Origin: Bradyrhizobiaceae bacterium
Lineage (GTDB): Bacteria > Bacteroidota > Ignavibacteria > Kapaibacteriales > Kapaibacteriaceae
Direction of reading: 5' to 3'
Length of the DNA stretch: 64,000 nucleotides
Assembly: GCA_024103135.1 (NCBI GenBank)
Contig: JAGFIZ010000062.1
Location: forward strand, 24,321 to 88,320
In this document: positions 59,578-64,000 of the stretch, one piece after another
Numbering within the stretch: position 1 is the stretch's first letter
How the letters are laid out: every line of letters begins with the position of its first letter
Notes under the pieces: generated by a model
Database searches by the model: none
What the model was told of the DNA's origin: nothing
The model's input: the letters and a program-made list of their open reading frames with translations, nothing else
Made by a program: the position numbers and the translations under genes

Positions 59578-60675
59578 ATGAACAAAGCCCCCTTCATCAT
59601 TCACGTTTCAACTCCATCGTCATGGAGGGGTGGTGAGCAGCAGGTTCTATACCTGTGTCAGGAGCTGTCGGCCCGAGGCATTCAGCAGCTAGTCGTTACA
59701 CCAACACGAGGTATACTCGCGGAGAAGCTTCGAGGCATCTGTACGACGGTTGGCATGCCTAAGCATGCCTCGATCGATATCCGGTGGGCACGAGCAATTG
59801 CGAACGCGGCCAAGCAGGGTATTCCATGCGTGATTCATGCACACGATTCACATGCCCACAGCCATGCCGTGATTGCCGCCTCGGTGTTTAGCTGTAGAGC
59901 ACCGATCGTGGTAAGCCGAAGGGTTGACATTCCTGTGCAGAGTTCGCGCGGATCACAGTGGAAGTATAATCACCCAAACGTTCGCCGTATCCTGTGTGTA
60001 TCGGACGTTGTTAAGCACATCACACAACATGCTGTTTCCAACCTTGATGTTCTTGCAACGGTGTATGATGGTATCGATGTTGACCGGTTTGTTAGAGAGC
60101 CAACCGGCAAGTTGCGAGCGCTGCTGGGAGCAGCACCTAATCAGTCACTCATCGTCAACATCGCTGCACTTGCCGATCACAAGGATCACCTCACGTTTGT
60201 ACAAGCGGCTGAAGAAATCGCCGTTGCACTACCCGATGCAGTGTTTGCCTTGATTGGCGAAGGTTCTGAACGTGAGAATATCGAGCGGGTGATTGCGGAC
60301 AAAGGGTTGACGAAGAAGGTGATCCTGCTTGGACATCGGAGTGATGTGGACCAATTGCTGGCCGATGCCGATGTTTTTCTCTTCACGTCAAAGGCAGAAG
60401 GCCTGGGGTCAAGCATCCTCGATGCAATGGCGTGTGGCGTCCCAGTAGTCACGACAAATGCCGGTGGCATTCCAGAGATAGCAACTCATAACGTGGATGC
60501 GCTAATTGCACCAACGCAGGATCCTGTCGCACTTGCCCGTCATGTACTTTCGGTGATTAACGACGGCTCCTTGCGAGAGCACTTGGTGACTCAGGCGCTT
60601 ATCACAGCAAATCGCTTTTCGAAATCACGGATGGCCGAAGAAACCATCAAGCATTATCTGGCAGTTTCTGACTGA
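59578..60675 (+). CDS. Glycosyltransferase family 4
   Basis: C-terminal EGLGSSILDAMACGVPVVTT (the E-x7-E-type GT4 motif) and an N-terminal GT4 fold segment. 365 aa. Confidence 0.8.
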   Translation: MNKAPFIIHVSTPSSWRGGEQQVLYLCQELSARGIQQLVVTPTRGILAEKLRGICTTVGMPKHASIDIRWARAIANAAKQGIPCVIHAHDSHAHSHAVIAASVFSCRAPIVVSRRVDIPVQSSRGSQWKYNHPNVRRILCVSDVVKHITQHAVSNLDVLATVYDGIDVDRFVREPTGKLRALLGAAPNQSLIVNIAALADHKDHLTFVQAAEEIAVALPDAVFALIGEGSERENIERVIADKGLTKKVILLGHRSDVDQLLADADVFLFTSKAEGLGSSILDAMACGVPVVTTNAGGIPEIATHNVDALIAPTQDPVALARHVLSVINDGSLREHLVTQALITANRFSKSRMAEETIKHYLAVSD

Positions 60676-60864
60676 TGCTGTCAGCTCTGATCAAGTACGA
60701 TCACGCTATCAGGCTTTCATTGATTTCAGTCTTTCAATGATTGTATAGACCTCTGGTTAGGGGGCTTGTTGCACTGCATGCTTTCTACCACGACTGGTGT
60801 TTCCCGTCATCCAGTGATCACGGTAAAGCAAGGACAAACAATTGTAGATCTGCTAACGTACTGG

Positions 60865-61413
60865 TTACAGTTCCAGTACCTTTTGCATAAGGTCCAATGC
60901 AGCGTCTAGCCGACGTACCTCCATGAGCCCACGTGCCTTGTTCATGAGCAACTGCATGTATGGACGTGTTTCCGGAAGTTCCCAGTATCTCCCTTTGTTT
61001 TTCTCGACAAAGGATGGCTCAGAAAAACGGGTTGCATTGTGTAACCCACGCTCGGCCATTTCGATATTCTCCTTGGCTCTGCTCATGATGGAGCTTAGAT
61101 CTACAAAGGGCCAGATGCTTGATGGGTATTGCTCTGCAAGGTCCAGGAGGACGAGTCGGCGTTGACCTGTGGGTAACGTTCGTGCTTCCAGGACGAGCTC
61201 CCTGACCTCGTCTTCCAGCGTCATGTTGGCATCCTGCATGTCGTCAAACACAAGCTCGGATGCCTTCGCATCAACCTGCTCCTTTGTGGATGTCGTGAGC
61301 TGCTCTTCGGAATGCGACGATACGTTAGAAGACTCTTCAACAAGCACTGGTGAAGGCTCGCTTGATGCTTTTGCTTTCCGTTTTTTCGGAGTGGCTTTCT
61401 CTTCACTGCTCAT
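60865..61413 (-). CDS. Hypothetical protein with disordered basic/Ser-rich N-terminus
   Basis: 182 aa. N-terminal KKRKAKASSEPSP region and a helical C-terminal half. No recognisable family. Confidence 0.35.
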   Translation of the reverse strand: MSSEEKATPKKRKAKASSEPSPVLVEESSNVSSHSEEQLTTSTKEQVDAKASELVFDDMQDANMTLEDEVRELVLEARTLPTGQRRLVLLDLAEQYPSSIWPFVDLSSIMSRAKENIEMAERGLHNATRFSEPSFVEKNKGRYWELPETRPYMQLLMNKARGLMEVRRLDAALDLMQKVLEL

Positions 61414-62139
61414 TGTGTTGTCCTAATCGTTAGTTCAGCTTGCGCTAATTCAGTTTCGTCTGGCCGATGTACCATGTTGGTACACTACGCAATCAATGCG
61501 GTAGACGTTGAGTTGTTGGGCTGAGTTGCGTTTGTTAAGGTTTTGTTTTTGTCTGATGCTTTGTTGCACTGCACACGGCACGTGTTTGTCGAACTCGAGC
61601 TAGCAGATGGGTGAAGGACCTACGAAATCAGTCGAAATCCAACATTTAGTCCGGCTACAATCTCGATCAGCCTTCTCCACGTGCTGTACATCGGGATTGC
61701 TTTCAATTACGCTGTCCTATGCAATGAGCTCTTGAACCTTGCTTGCCTGTACCCAACTACTCCTTGCTGGCAATACCTATCACTCGACATCAATACACGG
61801 AAAGCTTGGGTCAACTCCATACCTATCAGTACATCCTTCATTGCAGCCAGGAAAAAATTACAAAACAATTAAATACCTCTACAGGCATTTCGGAAAAAAT
61901 ATTGGGTTTTTTCTTGCCACCGCTTGTCCCGTCTACAAAGAATGTCATTTTGCCATACCCGTACCGCACAGTCTTTGCGTAAGTGTGTTTGACAACGATA
62001 CTTACGACGTTAATCAAGTGGAAGCAAAAACGTTTTAGACAGCGGTTTCGACTGCACTGGGTTGTGTAGCTCGTGCATGGTCGGTCATATGGCACCGTCC
62101 GGACGACGCGTCGCAGGTCGGCGGCCAATATGAGATGGA

Positions 62140-64000
62140 TTACTGCGGCAGTGACGTTGCCAGAACCCGTCCTGTGTCTGTTGTAAGAATAACCGTCGAG
62201 CACCCTTTAGCAGCATCAGGAAGGCGAACTGTATTGGTGCCTTGGCGAAGATCAATGCGCTGAGTATGGAGTTTTCTTCCATCCAATGCATGCCAGGCCA
62301 ACGTAGCCGACTCAGGCATTACAACGTCAACCTTGACAACCGGTCCGACTCCTTCTCTCAACTCTGCTTGAATCGATCCCCAGCGGTTATCATGCACTGA
62401 AGTGTGTGGATTGTGTACATCGGTTATGGCTGTGATTGCGTAATCCCAAAGCCCCCTTCCATACGTCGAAAATCGAAAGATGTCTAGCTGTGGCACATAG
62501 TCCACATGCCAGTAGGTTTGATCGGGTGCACCTTGTTCGGTGATGTCAGTCCACACTTGCTGCAGGGTATCATACATGAATGCACCAACATCTGTTGCTG
62601 CCGCAATGAACCGGCCGTTGGCCGACGCTGCAATCGAAAGCACCAGGCAAGGTGGGAGTCCTTCAAGAGGCTTCCATGTTGCACCACCATTATCCGTTCG
62701 ATAGACCGCTGACCCACTATATCCCGATCCACCGATATACACTCGATATGGTTCATTAGGATCAACACATAGAGCATTGCCAGAGAAGTAGTGTCCGTCG
62801 AGTTTATCCGGCCTAGCAAACTTCTGCCACGAGATGCCCTGGTTTGTCGTTCGCCACACCACACCTTGCGATGCCACCACGTAGCCAATCTGGCTATTGG
62901 AGGGGGCTATGGTAAGCGCGGTGATGTTTACCTCCTTGAGACCTTCGCCAAAATCCATATCGAGTGAGTCAATCACAAGTCCTTCTGGATCGGGTACATA
63001 CGTGTAGGTGTACACCCGCGCACCGCCGGACCTGGTACCACCGCCTAACCATACTGTTTGCGGACTCGAGGGCAGAGCTACAAGTGGTGGCAGCCACATA
63101 TGTCCCTCATGCTGGAAGTCGAGCGACTTAACTCCCCAATCATTCTCTGCATCTTTAAGGTACATCACAAAGCCGGGGTAGACGCAGAACAACGTATGAC
63201 CTCCATCGCCTGACGTCAAACTTGAGTAGTCACCGGATATCTCTTGCTTGAACCAGCGAACACCGCCAGAGTCAACTCTACTTCGCTGAAATCCTTGGTC
63301 TTGAGAACCTGCACATAGTACATCAACATTGTCTCGGCTGGTATATGAGCTGTAATACTGGCTAACATTCAGGCCATCAAGCGAGAGATTCCTGACGGTA
63401 ACTCCACCGTCGTTAGTAACGTAGAGTCCACCATCCGTACCAATAAACGTTGGATCGTTTTCTTCACCCGAAACCCAGCTCTGGATCACAGGGATATCTG
63501 CATGGAGTTTTGTTGCCGGGCTGGCATAGTACTCTCCCCAATTGTTGACTTTGCTAAAGTTGACTCCAGAGTTTGTAGAGCTAAGCACTTCTACCCCACC
63601 ATAGAGCCACGTGTTACCAAGCGGCTCGATTTCGAACGACTGCGGGTCGAAAGGCATTATGGAGACTTCCGAGCGTTTCTTCCAGTTCAACAGACCACCG
63701 TCGTCCGAAGAATAGAACGTTGTTATCTCTCCAGCACTGACCGTCATCCCTGCATAGGATTTGTACGAACCCGCAAGTTGAACTGATGTTACGTACGGAG
63801 TATTCCACACCGTTTTGCCGAAGGTGACTGTTGTAAACGTCCCGTCTTCGTTGACGGTGGAAAGCGTATCGCCATGGACAACGAAACACTCATTCTCAAT
63901 TGCGCTAATGGCACGCGGACCATCAAACCATCGAATTCGTTGAAAGCTCTTACCGGTGTCGATGCTGCGATAGACAACACTACGAGCTTTCCATGCAGCA
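62140..64000 (-). CDS. BNR-repeat beta-propeller (sortilin/Ycf48-like or GH74-like) protein with T9SS C-terminal domain, partial (5' end beyond window)
   Basis: Multiple SxDxGxTW-type BNR motifs (YRTDNGGATWKPL, TTNQGISWQKF, SIDTGKSFQ). The C-terminal ~80 aa are Por_Secre_tail-like. Hand translation shows the frame stays open from 63810 up to 64000, so the GTG the track reports is not the true start. Confidence 0.65.
   Translation of the reverse strand, partial: AAWKARSVVYRSIDTGKSFQRIRWFDGPRAISAIENECFVVHGDTLSTVNEDGTFTTVTFGKTVWNTPYVTSVQLAGSYKSYAGMTVSAGEITTFYSSDDGGLLNWKKRSEVSIMPFDPQSFEIEPLGNTWLYGGVEVLSSTNSGVNFSKVNNWGEYYASPATKLHADIPVIQSWVSGEENDPTFIGTDGGLYVTNDGGVTVRNLSLDGLNVSQYYSSYTSRDNVDVLCAGSQDQGFQRSRVDSGGVRWFKQEISGDYSSLTSGDGGHTLFCVYPGFVMYLKDAENDWGVKSLDFQHEGHMWLPPLVALPSSPQTVWLGGGTRSGGARVYTYTYVPDPEGLVIDSLDMDFGEGLKEVNITALTIAPSNSQIGYVVASQGVVWRTTNQGISWQKFARPDKLDGHYFSGNALCVDPNEPYRVYIGGSGYSGSAVYRTDNGGATWKPLEGLPPCLVLSIAASANGRFIAAATDVGAFMYDTLQQVWTDITEQGAPDQTYWHVDYVPQLDIFRFSTYGRGLWDYAITAITDVHNPHTSVHDNRWGSIQAELREGVGPVVKVDVVMPESATLAWHALDGRKLHTQRIDLRQGTNTVRLPDAAKGCSTVILTTDTGRVLATSLPQ

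Noticed and set aside
63614-63980. Minus-strand ORFs 63614-63889 and 63789-63980
   Set aside because: Hand translation shows the BNR gene frame stays open from 63810 to the window edge. These alternative-frame ORFs are artefacts of the track's start-codon requirement.
1-64000. tRNA, rRNA and CRISPR search
   Set aside because: I scanned for GTTCGAATCC/GGATTCGAAC T-loop-like motifs and for regularly spaced direct repeats and found none. The only long noncoding stretch (61414-62139) lacks a tRNA-like cloverleaf by eye.

Overview
The window reads as a moderately GC-rich bacterial chromosome from the Bacteroidota/FCB group, judged by eye. At least seven secreted proteins end in Por_Secre_tail-type T9SS C-terminal sorting domains, and a DUF1501/DUF1800 pair and a DUF1573 protein are present. 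Coding density is high and genes run on both strands. I found no rRNA, tRNA, CRISPR array or obvious mobile element. Housekeeping genes I recognise are asnS, pckA, hutU, ettA, mscL, pepF, beta-carbonic anhydrase plus a SulP transporter, an ECF sigma factor, a GT4 glycosyltransferase and a serine-palmitoyltransferase-like gene next to an SDR reductase. The most unusual locus is a three-gene operon at 13302-25437 on the plus strand, translationally coupled through ATGA overlaps at both junctions. It encodes a 2798-aa signal-peptide protein whose central ~900 residues look like one uninterrupted Ala/Asp/Lys/Glu/Leu-rich heptad coiled coil between a Cys/Pro/Thr-rich N-terminal region and a ~1000-aa beta-rich C-terminal region, then a protein with five or more FN3 repeats, then a ~590-aa putative outer-membrane beta-barrel ending in Phe. 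I propose it as a candidate, previously undescribed cell-surface fibre or envelope-spanning system. Other points of interest are a Tat-signal DUF1501 protein carrying a T9SS C-terminal domain, a large PNGase F-like N-glycanase with LamG and T9SS C-terminal domains, a metzincin with a co-transcribed small partner, a stand-alone HipA-like kinase, a zinc-ribbon methyltransferase translationally coupled to a lytic transglycosylase, and a ~700-bp noncoding island. Genes are truncated by both window edges.
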